Source: a virus
Reading direction: 5' to 3' (one strand)
Length of the DNA stretch: 64,000 nt
IMG/VR virus record: IMGVR_UViG_3300005842_000010
Span: 9,974-73,973 of that record
Shown: piece after piece, positions 27,158-36,111 of the stretch
Position numbering within the stretch: the stretch's first letter is position 1
How the letters are laid out: every line of letters starts with the position of its first letter
The notes under the pieces: model-generated
Databases searched by the model: none
Seen by the model: only the letters and a program-made list of their open reading frames with translations
Told to the model about the DNA's origin: nothing
Program-made: the position numbers and the translations under genes

Positions 27158-27177
27158 ATCACGATGAACGTTGCAAC
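27158..27177 (+). repeat. 20-nt element ATCACGATGAACGTTGCAAC, copy 1
   Basis: Identical to 35812-35831; both copies lie just downstream of a TTGACA promoter. Confidence 0.85.
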
Positions 27178-27202
27178 GCAGGAATAATTCCACTTCCCAC
27201 TT

Positions 27203-27994
27203 ATGAAAGACAAACCGCAAGACGCAGAAATTGTACACGAACACGCCGTAGCTCGAATTGACTCCGACAAACCCGTCCTCAGCGTAGCTGGCATGATGCA
27301 GGCAGTCATAGACAAAGGAATAAGTGCTGAAAATGTCGGGGTGATGGAGAAGTTAGTTGGACTCTTCGAGCGCATGGAGGCCAAGAAATCAGAGCAGCTC
27401 TTTAACGAGGCCTTCGTTTCACTTCAAAAGGAGATGCCTCGGATCCAAGCCAAACAGGCTGTCCCGAACAACGACGGCACGACGCGATACGTCTTTGCAC
27501 CTTATGAATCGATTATGGAACAGGTTCAGCCGTTTCTCGTGAAGCACGGATTCACTGTTTCGTTCTCCACTCGTTTCGACGGGCCGCGCATTGTCAAAAT
27601 CTGCACCCTGCGGCACTCGGCGGGCCATTCCGTCTCAAACGAATTTGCGGCCAGGATTGGCGCGGGCCCGCCCAAGGCCAGTGAGGCTCAGGCAGACGGA
27701 GCGGCCGGGACCTATGCCAAGCGCTTTGCGCTGTGCGATGCTCTCAATATCGTCGTCGAAGCAGATAGTGATGCCAGGGCGGAAGGAGGCCCGGTCTCTA
27801 ATTCGCTGGCCGTGGCGTTGCGTAAGCGCGTTCTCCAAACTGGAAGCGATGAAAAAGCCTTTTTGCGTTATGCCAAATCCCCAGTGTCCGACAACGCAAC
27901 CGAGGCTGAAATCGTAGCCGCTTACCAGAACATACCAAGCGGAATGTATGACGCTCTTGATCAGAATCTACAAAGAAAGGAAAAAGTGAAGTGA
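27203..27994 (+). CDS. erf: ERF-family single-strand annealing protein
   Basis: FNEAFVSLQKEMP..YVFAPYESIM..PFLVKHG..TLRHSAGH..GAAGTYAKRFALCDALNI. Confidence 0.85.
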   Translation: MKDKPQDAEIVHEHAVARIDSDKPVLSVAGMMQAVIDKGISAENVGVMEKLVGLFERMEAKKSEQLFNEAFVSLQKEMPRIQAKQAVPNNDGTTRYVFAPYESIMEQVQPFLVKHGFTVSFSTRFDGPRIVKICTLRHSAGHSVSNEFAARIGAGPPKASEAQADGAAGTYAKRFALCDALNIVVEADSDARAEGGPVSNSLAVALRKRVLQTGSDEKAFLRYAKSPVSDNATEAEIVAAYQNIPSGMYDALDQNLQRKEKVK

Positions 27995-28443
27995 ATTGTG
28001 CAATTTCAAAGTGGTCCCCGGTTCACGTTCGGCTTTCGTCAAAAACCACCAAAAGCCCGAATGGATGCTGGATTTGGGGCGGTAAAACAAATCCAAACGG
28101 CTACGGAATAATGCAAATCAATAAGACCCAAGTTGGGGTTCATGTTGTGGCGTTCGAATTGGCAAATGGAAAGCTAGGGCCGGGCAAAATTGTCTGCCAC
28201 TCGTGCGACGTTAGGAACTGCGTCAATCCAGATCATTTATTTTCTGGAACGCACGCAGATAACATGGCCGATATGGTGCGCAAGAACAGGACAGCACCTC
28301 CAGGAAAGAAGCTTTGCCCATCATCGGCCATGGAGATACGCAGGTCAAATCTTTCTGCCAAGCAAATATCAAAATTATTCAACATCACAACTCAACACGC
28401 ACTGCAAGTAAAGAAAGGAATAGCATGGGCCGCAATTGTTTGA
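27991..28443 (+). CDS. HNH homing endonuclease
   Basis: GCWIWGG..NGYG..HVVAFE..VCHSCDVRNCVNPDHLFSGTHADN. Confidence 0.9.
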   Translation: MNCAISKWSPVHVRLSSKTTKSPNGCWIWGGKTNPNGYGIMQINKTQVGVHVVAFELANGKLGPGKIVCHSCDVRNCVNPDHLFSGTHADNMADMVRKNRTAPPGKKLCPSSAMEIRRSNLSAKQISKLFNITTQHALQVKKGIAWAAIV

Positions 28444-29030
28444 TCTACGACATCGAAATCATCAAGGCAGTGCCAGATCGCAAGTTTCCAAGGGAAGATG
28501 GCATCGAATACTGCTCGGGCTGGGAAGATCACGCCAACATGGGAATCTCAGTAATCGGCTGCTACGATTACTCCGACGGGCGATATCGCGTTTTTTGCAA
28601 GGACAACTTCGTAGATTTCGTGCTGCTATGTCACGACAAACAGCTTGTGTCATTCAATGGAATCGGATTCGACAATCGCGTGCTCAAGGCGTGCGGCGTA
28701 ACGGATTTGATGGAAGGCACCAAGGATGAGAAGCATTACGACATTCTGCGCGAGTTGTGGGTAGCTGACGGGCTCGGGCCTGATTTTGTTTACCCATCAC
28801 ACATCGGATTCGGATTGGATGCCGTTGGATCGGCCAACTTCGGACAACGCAAGACCGGACATGGCGCGCTCGCTCCGGTGGATTGGCAGCGTGGTAAAAT
28901 CGGTTCAGTAATCGACTACTGCCTGAATGACATCGCGATGACCAAGCGCTGCTTTGACCGAATCAGAGCCGCCGGCGGATTGCGCGATCCTCGCGACCCA
29001 TCACGATTCATTCAAATGCGAACGCCATGA
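28425..29030 (+). CDS. DnaQ/RNase H-like 3'-5' exonuclease
   Basis: ExoI YDIE, ExoII SFNGIGFD and ExoIII YCLND. The ATG at 28425 follows AAAGGAA. Confidence 0.85.
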   Translation: MGRNCLIYDIEIIKAVPDRKFPREDGIEYCSGWEDHANMGISVIGCYDYSDGRYRVFCKDNFVDFVLLCHDKQLVSFNGIGFDNRVLKACGVTDLMEGTKDEKHYDILRELWVADGLGPDFVYPSHIGFGLDAVGSANFGQRKTGHGALAPVDWQRGKIGSVIDYCLNDIAMTKRCFDRIRAAGGLRDPRDPSRFIQMRTP

Positions 29031-29722
29031 AACGATTCGACTGCGTACAAGGCTCGGCAGAATGGTTGAGCCTCAGATCGTGTATTCCCACCGCCTCAGA
29101 GTTCGATAACATCATCAGTCCAACTTTCGAGATCAGGAAAGGGCAAACCCCGGCAACTTATCTTTCACAAAAGCTGGCCGAAATCTGGCTTGGTGGCCCA
29201 CTGCTCTCGTTCGGCGCATGGGCCACCGATCAGGGCACCATACTGCAGGACGAGGCGATACCATGGTTTGAATTCGAGTATGGATGCAAGGTTGATCGCG
29301 TCGGGTTCATTACAAACGATGCCGGAACTGTTGGCTGCTCACCTGACGGACTGCTAGACGCCGAGACCGGGCTCGAAATTAAATGTTTACAGCCCGTGCA
29401 TCATGTTTCCGTTCTCTTGAACGGCGAACTCCCAAAAGACTTCTCGGCCCAGGTTCACGGGAGCATGTACGTCACCGGTTTTCCGAAATGGAAACTCTGC
29501 TGTTACCGGCGCCGATTTCCTCCGTTGATTATCACTGTCCATCGCGATGAGGAGATCATTTCCAAAATCGATGAGGCTGTGGTGCTGTTCCTCGACAAGC
29601 TAAAGCGCAGTATGGATTACCTGATCGAACTGAACGGCGGAGAGCCTCCGCGTAAACCCGAGCAATCTCCGGGCAAAGTCAAATTCTCCTGGGAGAGCGA
29701 TCCTGATGACGTCCCCCATTAA
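29027..29722 (+). CDS. YqaJ/lambda-exonuclease-family nuclease
   Basis: QGSAEWLSLR..TASEF..GCSPDGL..GLEIKC..QVHGSM. Confidence 0.9.
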   Translation: MKRFDCVQGSAEWLSLRSCIPTASEFDNIISPTFEIRKGQTPATYLSQKLAEIWLGGPLLSFGAWATDQGTILQDEAIPWFEFEYGCKVDRVGFITNDAGTVGCSPDGLLDAETGLEIKCLQPVHHVSVLLNGELPKDFSAQVHGSMYVTGFPKWKLCCYRRRFPPLIITVHRDEEIISKIDEAVVLFLDKLKRSMDYLIELNGGEPPRKPEQSPGKVKFSWESDPDDVPH

Positions 29723-29764
29723 ATCCCAAAACTAAAACTAAACGCACACAAATAACTAAAACGT

Positions 29765-30049
29765 ATGATCGAAAAGACACACGCCTTTCGTGTAGGCGAT
29801 TTAACCTTCGGCACTCTAATTGAGGCCCAGGAGCACGAAATCACTTGCATCATCTCGGCTGTTCCTGGTTGGAACGACAAAGAGCAGCAGAAGCAGGTCG
29901 CGTCGGTAATCGTCGCGGCAAGCGTAAAAATCGTGGACGTTCTAAAAACTGGTCCACGCAGTCATGTGCGTGCTCGCAAGATAAACGGCGGAACTCGCAA
30001 GGCCCGAGCGCCTAAACCAGTTGTCGAATCTGGAAAGGTGGCGGCATGA
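29765..30049 (+). CDS. Hypothetical protein
   Basis: 94-aa ORF within the operon; its stop overlaps the next ATG. Confidence 0.6.
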   Translation: MIEKTHAFRVGDLTFGTLIEAQEHEITCIISAVPGWNDKEQQKQVASVIVAASVKIVDVLKTGPRSHVRARKINGGTRKARAPKPVVESGKVAA

Positions 30050-31404
30050 AGATCCTCTCGCTTTCCTCGGAAAATATAAAACGTTTAAGTTGTATCGAGT
30101 TAACCCTCGGCGACAAAGGCAATCTCGTCATCGTCTCCGGAAACAACGAACAAGGAAAATCGTCGCTTTTAGATTCGATTGAGATGACTTTGCATGGTGG
30201 CGCGAGCATCCCGCCCAAACCCGTTCGTCGGGGCCAAGACAAGGCAACAGTCGAAATGACTCTCGGCAACATCGGTTTGCCTGAGTTGACGGTTAAGCGC
30301 GTCATCACGGCGACCGGCGGCGGCTCTTTGGTCGTCACGAACAAGGACGGCACGCGCATGAGCTCGCCCCAGTCGGTTCTTGATGCGCTCGTCGGCAAGC
30401 TTAGCTTCGATCCGCTCGCATTCGCGAAGATGAAGCCGGCGGAGCGTTCGGAAACCATCCGCCAACTGCTCGGGTTGAATTTCACCCAACAAGACAAAGA
30501 TCACGAAGCACTGTTCAACCAGCGCACTGAGGTAAATCGTCGCGTGAAGGCGAAACAGGCGATGCTGGCTTCCAATCCGCGCCACCAGGGCGTTCCGAAA
30601 GAGGAACAATCCACGGCTGTAATCCTGGCAGAGCAGGAGAAGGCGACAAAAGTGAATAATGCCAACGATCAGGTTCGTAGGCGCGTTTCTGAGTTGAAAA
30701 TCGCATCCCAACATCATGCGAACATGGCAAAGGACCATAAGTCCGCCATTGAACAGACAGCCGTTGAGATTGCACGACTCAAGGAAAAGCTAAATCGCCA
30801 GAATGAGGCATTCGATATGTGCGTGACAAATGCCGAGAAGGAACTTGAGGCTTCGAAAACCGCGCAGGCTGAGGCTGACGCCTTAATCGACATTGACACC
30901 TCAGTTTTTCGCACGCTCATCAATGAGGCTGAGGCTACCAATTCCAAGATCCGAAAAAACAAGGAGATCGACAAAATCGAGTCCGAATTCAAAGAGGCTT
31001 CGAAAGAGGCGGACTCTCTCACGCGCAAGCTGGATGCAATCGATCGTTTCAAACGTGATGCCATCGCGGCCGCCAATTTCCCCGTGCCAGGCATGGGCCT
31101 CGGCTATGCTGGCGAGGTGTTGATCGACGGGCTTCCGTTCGAGCAGGCCTCCACGAAGGGCCAGCTCATGGCCTCGCTCGCGATGGGTGCCGCGCTCAAT
31201 CCGAAGCTGCGCGTGATGCTTGTCCGGAGCGGGAACGATCTGGACGATAAGGCTCTCGTCGTCCTGGCTGACTGGGCCAAGGACAAAGATTATCAAATCT
31301 GGTTGGAAAAAATTCATGGCGGAGGTAAGGCTGCGATTATCATAGAAGACGGGCACGCAGTTGAGCCTGTTATCGAACAAACGCCAGAGTTAATCCCGCA
31401 GTAA
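30046..31404 (+). CDS. SMC/Rad50-like ABC ATPase with coiled coil
   Basis: ENIKRL, Walker A GNNEQGKSS, a long coiled coil, signature-like ASTKGQ and degenerate Walker B/D-loop VRSGNDLD. Confidence 0.85.
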   Translation: MKILSLSSENIKRLSCIELTLGDKGNLVIVSGNNEQGKSSLLDSIEMTLHGGASIPPKPVRRGQDKATVEMTLGNIGLPELTVKRVITATGGGSLVVTNKDGTRMSSPQSVLDALVGKLSFDPLAFAKMKPAERSETIRQLLGLNFTQQDKDHEALFNQRTEVNRRVKAKQAMLASNPRHQGVPKEEQSTAVILAEQEKATKVNNANDQVRRRVSELKIASQHHANMAKDHKSAIEQTAVEIARLKEKLNRQNEAFDMCVTNAEKELEASKTAQAEADALIDIDTSVFRTLINEAEATNSKIRKNKEIDKIESEFKEASKEADSLTRKLDAIDRFKRDAIAAANFPVPGMGLGYAGEVLIDGLPFEQASTKGQLMASLAMGAALNPKLRVMLVRSGNDLDDKALVVLADWAKDKDYQIWLEKIHGGGKAAIIIEDGHAVEPVIEQTPELIPQ

Positions 31405-31428
31405 ACCCAAAACGAAAAGGAATCAAAA

Positions 31429-31707
31429 ATGGCAAAAATCCCATGGAACAAAGTCAAAGAACTCGCACTCGAACTCTCAGGCAACCTCTGGGACGATCAG
31501 GAAAAGGAAATTCGACGCATCGTTGAAGCTGCTCCGGCTGACGAAAAGCAAATCGTCGTCTCTTTCGCCCACACCATTGACTGCAATGGCGACTCCCCAA
31601 CGATTAAGACCAAAGTATCGTTTTCTGAGAAATTCAGCGAGACCGCGACAGGTTCAGTTGACGATCCCGCGCAAATGACTCTCGAAGAGGCTGGAAAGAA
31701 AGCCTGA
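31429..31707 (+). CDS. Hypothetical acidic protein
   Basis: 92-aa ORF with AAAGGA upstream. Confidence 0.65.
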   Translation: MAKIPWNKVKELALELSGNLWDDQEKEIRRIVEAAPADEKQIVVSFAHTIDCNGDSPTIKTKVSFSEKFSETATGSVDDPAQMTLEEAGKKA

Positions 31708-31709
31708 TT

Positions 31710-32276
31710 TTGAGCGACAAACCGAAGTTTCCGCGAGACCAGGCCATGAGCGTAGCAAATGCGCTCGTGGCCTTGCTCCGTCCGTACGTCACTCAGATCG
31801 AGATTGCTGGAAGCCTGCGCCGCGGCAAGCCAGAAGTCTCAGACATCGAGATCCTTTTTGTGCCGGCCACACAAACCTCGCCCGACGGACTTTTCGACAC
31901 ACTCACCGTTGATCTGGCCGACGCCTACATCGAATCGCTCTATAAAAGCGGCTTGATCGGCAAGCGGTTCAATTCCGCCGGCTACATCGCCGCCTGGGGA
32001 CCTAAGAACAAGCTCGGAATCCATATTCCGAGCGGCATCCCAGTAGATTTCTTCGCGACAACAGCCGACAACTGGGCCGTCAGCCTCGTGATTCGCACCG
32101 GTTCACTCGAGACGAATCTCAAACTTACTACCGGCGCACACAAGATGGGCCGCAGCCTTCACGCGTACGGTTCGGGCGTATCAATTCATGCGACGGGTGA
32201 GCAAATTAAATGCAACAGTGAGGAAGATGTATTTCGGTGTTGCAATGTTCCATATTTACCACCAGAATTACGCTAA
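31710..32276 (+). CDS. polX: Minimal family X DNA polymerase (palm and thumb only)
   Basis: IAGSLRRGKPEVSDIE, VDFF, RTGS and SEEDVF...YLPPELR. No 8-kDa, fingers or PHP domains. Confidence 0.85.
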   Translation: MSDKPKFPRDQAMSVANALVALLRPYVTQIEIAGSLRRGKPEVSDIEILFVPATQTSPDGLFDTLTVDLADAYIESLYKSGLIGKRFNSAGYIAAWGPKNKLGIHIPSGIPVDFFATTADNWAVSLVIRTGSLETNLKLTTGAHKMGRSLHAYGSGVSIHATGEQIKCNSEEDVFRCCNVPYLPPELR

Positions 32277-32920
32277 TGAAGCCCGTTAAATCAAGGTATG
32301 GCATGATGCTGGTTCTTCGCATTTTTACTGTTAATGGGGAGAGGTGGTGCGCCTGTTGCTGTGATTGCGGAACCGAGAAAAGCGTAAGGTTGAGTGACCT
32401 TCGAACGCAAAGAATAGTTTCCTGTGGGTGTTATGGTAGGAAAAGGAGACATGAAAGAACTCGAACTCATGGGTATGCCGGATCTGGAAAATCCCGAACA
32501 ACCGAATATCGCAGTTGGGCGATGATGAAGTCGAGGTGTTCAAACAAAAAGCTCAATACATGGAAGCACTACGGTGGACGTGGAATAAAGGTTTGTGATC
32601 GATGGATGAGATTTGAAAACTTCATCTCAGATATGGGGCCAAAACCCAGCCAGAAACATTGTATCGAAAGAAAGAATAACGACGGCGATTACACTCCAGA
32701 CAATTGCCGGTGGGCTACAATGTTGGAACAGTCACATAACACACGCCGCACACTTACTATCGATCACTGTGGCAGGACAATGACTGTCGCTGAATGGGCC
32801 AGGGAAACTGGAATCACAGTCCGAACTTTATATGACCGATATCACAAGGGGCTCCCATTATTCTCGAAATTAAACCTTTGCACCACCAGGTCACCAAGGA
32901 ATATCCAAATTTGCAAATAG
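32276..32920 (+). CDS. HNH-type homing endonuclease (YGGRGI family)
   Basis: CCCDCG..SCGC..YRSWAMMKSRC..YGGRGIKVCDRW..IERKNNDGDYTPDNCRWAT. Confidence 0.88.
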   Translation: MKPVKSRYGMMLVLRIFTVNGERWCACCCDCGTEKSVRLSDLRTQRIVSCGCYGRKRRHERTRTHGYAGSGKSRTTEYRSWAMMKSRCSNKKLNTWKHYGGRGIKVCDRWMRFENFISDMGPKPSQKHCIERKNNDGDYTPDNCRWATMLEQSHNTRRTLTIDHCGRTMTVAEWARETGITVRTLYDRYHKGLPLFSKLNLCTTRSPRNIQICK

Positions 32921-32933
32921 TTTGAAATAACCT

Positions 32934-32961
32934 TTGACGCCTCTCGCAGTCGTGGTAAAAC
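32934..32961 (+). promoter_or_regulatory. Sigma70-like promoter of the replication operon
   Basis: TTGACG (32934-32939), 16 nt, TAAAAC (32956-32961), with a TG extension. Confidence 0.55.
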
Positions 32962-33006
32962 ACCCTAGCGGATTGAAACACCGCTAAAACTATGTCACAC
33001 TCTTTT

Positions 33007-33090
33007 GGCCTGCCGCTGAACGTGCGCGAATGCGTAGCGGCCTGGTTCTCCACCTGGCTTTGTTTCAGCGGGAGGCGGCGGGCCTTTTCT
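33007..33090 (+). promoter_or_regulatory. Structured leader/attenuator upstream of the initiator gene
   Basis: GGCCTGCCGC (33007-16) pairs with GCGGCGGGCC (33075-84), followed by TTTT. The alternative pairing is CCGCTGAA (33013-20) with TTCAGCGG (33064-71). Confidence 0.5.
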
Positions 33091-33100
33091 CTTCCCAACA

Positions 33101-33793
33101 ATGAGCATCCGGATAATGTCGCAGGTATGGTCTGACTCAACAATTACCAAACAAGGTGAGCTGTTGGTAATGCTCGCTATAGCAGACTTCGCAAACGATC
33201 AAGGTGAGGCTTGGCCATCTGTTTCAAAACTGGCCGAAAAATCACGGTTAAGCGAGCGTGGAGTCCAATACATTCTATCTAAACTAAAGTCGTCCAGGCA
33301 TTTATCTATTGAAGTAGGAGGTTCAGGACCGAAAGATTCTAGCTTATATCGGGTAAGGGTGAAAGATTTGCACCCTAATCTCACTAAGGGTGAAAACTGT
33401 GACACGCTAAGGGTGCAATCTGAGGCGGTTAAGGGTGCAAACGGCGACAAAAAAGGGTGCAAAAGCTTTGCACCCGATCCGTCAGTACCCGTACAAGAGA
33501 TCCGTCATAAAGATCCACCACTGGATTTGTCCGTGGAATTTCCTCCTGGATTTCCAAAGTCTGATAAAGAAGCACAGGCTTCGGCGTGTACTATCGGATG
33601 CCCTGCTGATTTTGTTTCGGCAACGTGGAACCATGCAGCGGGAAGGGGTGGTAGGGATAGTAAAGACGTTCCGATCAGGTCATGGAGACACCATCTTCAA
33701 GCGGCCTGGCAATTTCAGCGCGGGAGGGACGGTGCGGGAAAAACTCCAGAAAAAAACCAACTTCAGGAAAGAATTGAGGTTAAAAGCCTATGA
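33101..33793 (+). CDS. Phage replication initiator (N-terminal wHTH)
   Basis: MSIRIMSQVW..LVMLAIADFANDQGEAWPSVSKLAEKSRLSERGVQ. It contains iterons and lies upstream of DnaC. Confidence 0.88.
   Translation: MSIRIMSQVWSDSTITKQGELLVMLAIADFANDQGEAWPSVSKLAEKSRLSERGVQYILSKLKSSRHLSIEVGGSGPKDSSLYRVRVKDLHPNLTKGENCDTLRVQSEAVKGANGDKKGCKSFAPDPSVPVQEIRHKDPPLDLSVEFPPGFPKSDKEAQASACTIGCPADFVSATWNHAAGRGGRDSKDVPIRSWRHHLQAAWQFQRGRDGAGKTPEKNQLQERIEVKSL
33354..33475. repeat. Iterons (replication origin)
   Basis: Five direct copies of AAGGGTG(A/C)AA (near 33355, 33386, 33409, 33431 and 33453) and two inverted TTGCACCC (33368, 33468) inside the initiator gene. Confidence 0.85.
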
Positions 33794-34428
33794 CGGAAGA
33801 GTTTCAAGAGCGAGAATTCAAAATTAAGACCATTTCAAACGAAGAGTATGATCGCAGGGAGGCTGAGAGAAAAGCAATAGACGATAAGTTTGAAATTGAC
33901 GAAATCCGAAGGAAATGGAACTGCCCACTGAGACAGGTTTCTTGTAAGCCGATAGCATCAGGAGAATGGGGAGAAAAGCTTGAAGTTCTAAAATCAAAGC
34001 TTGGGACTGGAATGATCGTTGCGCTTACCGGCGGAAGAGGCAATGGAAAGACACAGCTCGGAGTAGAGATTATGAAGATAGTCTCAGCCTCCTTAGAGAA
34101 GTGTTATTTTTTCACCGCTACCGAGTTCTTCATGCTGATAAAATCGACCTATAAGAATGATGCAACTAGAAATGAGGCTCAGATATTGAGCGATCTTCGA
34201 AAATTCAAACTGCTGGTGATTGATGAAATCGGGAAAAGATCAGAAAGCCAGTGGGAAAATAACCTTCTATTTGAATTGATAAATAAACGGTACGGCGACA
34301 TGACGGACACTCTCATAATCGACAACCGGCAAAAAACTGACTTCATTGCGACTATTGGGCCGTCTCTCGCGAGCAGAATTAGCGAGACTGGAGGTATCAT
34401 TGAATGCGGATGGGCATCTTTTCGATGA
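33790..34428 (+). CDS. DnaC/IstB-like helicase-loader ATPase
   Basis: Walker A GGRGNGKT, Walker B LLVIDEIG, LINKRY and SRI. Confidence 0.9.
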   Translation: MTEEFQEREFKIKTISNEEYDRREAERKAIDDKFEIDEIRRKWNCPLRQVSCKPIASGEWGEKLEVLKSKLGTGMIVALTGGRGNGKTQLGVEIMKIVSASLEKCYFFTATEFFMLIKSTYKNDATRNEAQILSDLRKFKLLVIDEIGKRSESQWENNLLFELINKRYGDMTDTLIIDNRQKTDFIATIGPSLASRISETGGIIECGWASFR

Positions 34429-34680
34429 ACGCTCCACTATTCGAATCCAGGCCCAGGTTCAAAGGGTGTCCGCCTATTTGCCTTAAAGAAAACCTGGCCG
34501 TCGTTCGAAACCGAGGCTGCGGCTCATCGCTGGCGTACCGCTCCGAAAGATGGGAACCCGCTATACGAGCCTAATTCGATTACTAAAATGTGGCGGTGTG
34601 AAACTTGCCGGTGCTGGCACTTTTTAACTAAGCCTCGACCTCCTGCTGGCGCGACATCTGGAAGTTCAAGAACCCGATAA
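34425..34680 (+). pseudogene. Small Zn-ribbon-like gene interrupted by a +1 frame discontinuity
   Basis: The ATG at 34425 (ATGA overlap) reads MNAPLFESRPRFKGCPPICLK. The +1 frame, which has no start codon, continues KTWPSFETEAAAHRWR...WRCETCRCWHFLT to TAA 34680. Confidence 0.45.
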
Positions 34681-34684
34681 CTGT

Positions 34685-35059
34685 ATGAAGATAATTGGCC
34701 TTACACTCACTCCAAACCTTCAGTCCATTGAGGCTGCTTTTGGAGATTTATTTCATTCAATTCTTTGGTTCAGAACAGCCGACCGGGAAGCGACTGGGGT
34801 TGACGATGGTTATGTCTGTGAAGTGCTGTCAAAACAAAACCCTGACATGGTGCTGGCTTTTGGAAGAATAGTTTTTGATGTCGTTTCAAGGCACGGCGTG
34901 ATGACGATGCAGGGGCCATCACTAACCGCGCTTAACGCTGACGAGTTATTGAGAGGGTTCGCTGATAATGTCAGGTCTGCAATCAATCGCGGGATTCCAA
35001 AAGAAGAATTAAGGGTGATGGGATACGGACCCGTCGGACAAATGGAGATGGAACCATGA
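34685..35059 (+). CDS. Hypothetical protein
   Basis: 124-aa ORF within the operon. Confidence 0.6.
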   Translation: MKIIGLTLTPNLQSIEAAFGDLFHSILWFRTADREATGVDDGYVCEVLSKQNPDMVLAFGRIVFDVVSRHGVMTMQGPSLTALNADELLRGFADNVRSAINRGIPKEELRVMGYGPVGQMEMEP

Positions 35060-35214
35060 AAGAGATTCTCTTCAAGGAATGGATGACCGCGCAAGCTAAA
35101 CACTTCGGAATTTCATGGCATGGAGCCTATTGCAAGTGGAGAAAAGGCCAAATAAAAAGCCCGCCGATGAGAAAAGTAAACAGCCGAGTTATTTGGGTTA
35201 AAGTAGAAAACTAA
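35056..35214 (+). CDS. Small basic putative DNA-binding protein (52 aa)
   Basis: Manual translation MKEILFKEWMTAQAKHFGISWHGAYCKWRKG...VIWVKVEN, with an ATGA overlap. Confidence 0.55.
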   Translation: MKEILFKEWMTAQAKHFGISWHGAYCKWRKGQIKSPPMRKVNSRVIWVKVEN

Positions 35215-35215
35215 A

Positions 35216-35245
35216 AACGCCCGCCCTCTTTCGAGAGCGGGCGTT
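35216..35245. terminator. Hairpin terminator between convergent genes
   Basis: AACGCCCGC...GCGGGCGTT inverted repeat, with a T-run on the minus strand. Confidence 0.7.
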
Positions 35246-35259
35246 GAGGGGAGAGTTAA

Positions 35260-35763
35260 TTAAACCGTGGGCTTGTTCGTCGGAGTGCCGACGGTGATGC
35301 CGAGGTTCTTCGCGTTCTCGCCGGCAACAGTCAGCTCGATCGTTTCCTGCAAGTCCTCGACGCCTTCGCCGAGATCCGCGTCCGCGTCCACAAGGAACAC
35401 AGTTACGCCAGGTTCGTCAGAGGAGATCAGATCGGCGGACAGCCCGTCTGCGGCTGGAACGACCGTTGAAGTTCCACTGATAACGCTCCACACGGGAACG
35501 CCGTCGAGTTTGGCAGGTTTGCCTGAGTCTGTTTTTGGAGTGAGGGTCACATTGACCTGTTGTGCGTTTGTAATTTTTGCTGCTACCATGGTATTTACTT
35601 TCTTTTTTTGGATTACGAGGCCGAATGCTACGTCGAAATGGCCTCTTGGTTTACTGCATTCTGGCTTTAGCTCGCCTATAGACCGAGCCACAGCCAAAAG
35701 TCCTTCTCGGATCGCGCAGGCGATCTCGTCGTGCTGATGCGGCTTGCTCATGGGCATCAACAT
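35260..35763 (-). CDS. Ig-like beta-sandwich protein (isolated, moron-like)
   Basis: The C-terminal ~110 aa are beta-rich (QVNVTLTP..DGVPVWSV..ELTVAG). It is a single antisense gene with its own terminator. Confidence 0.65.
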   Translation of the reverse strand: MLMPMSKPHQHDEIACAIREGLLAVARSIGELKPECSKPRGHFDVAFGLVIQKKKVNTMVAAKITNAQQVNVTLTPKTDSGKPAKLDGVPVWSVISGTSTVVPAADGLSADLISSDEPGVTVFLVDADADLGEGVEDLQETIELTVAGENAKNLGITVGTPTNKPTV

Positions 35764-35778
35764 TACACCCGATCACCC

Positions 35779-35807
35779 TTGACAGCTATCAATTATTCAA
35801 TTACAGG
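35779..35807 (+). promoter_or_regulatory. Sigma70-like promoter
   Basis: TTGACA (35779-84), 17 nt, TACAGG; the -10 box is imperfect. Confidence 0.45.
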
Positions 35808-35811
35808 TTTC

Positions 35812-35831
35812 ATCACGATGAACGTTGCAAC
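35812..35831 (+). repeat. 20-nt element ATCACGATGAACGTTGCAAC, copy 2
   Basis: Identical to 27158-27177; it contains the ATG of the downstream gene. Confidence 0.85.
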
Positions 35832-36111
35832 TGGTATGACACGTCAAAGGGCCACGGAACTACTTCCAGTAATTCAAGCTTTTGCTAGAGGAGAATCTGT
35901 TCAGGTGTCGATTTCATTCCCACCATCCGATTGGGAAGATTACGACGGAAATTGCGCAGATTTTCAAAATGAAAATTGGATTTGGAGGATCAAGCCAAAG
36001 CCTCGCGAGTGGTGGATAGATGAACAAGGCGTGGCTAGGCACTATAAAGAAGACGCCATCCGCAATAGTGGAAAGTTTAGACCGATCCATGTGGTGGAAG
36101 TGTTCGATTGA
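35818..36111 (+). CDS. Phage hypothetical protein
   Basis: ELLPVIQAFARGESVQ...W.D...WRIKPKPREWW, a pattern common in phage early genes. Confidence 0.7.
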   Translation: MNVATGMTRQRATELLPVIQAFARGESVQVSISFPPSDWEDYDGNCADFQNENWIWRIKPKPREWWIDEQGVARHYKEDAIRNSGKFRPIHVVEVFD

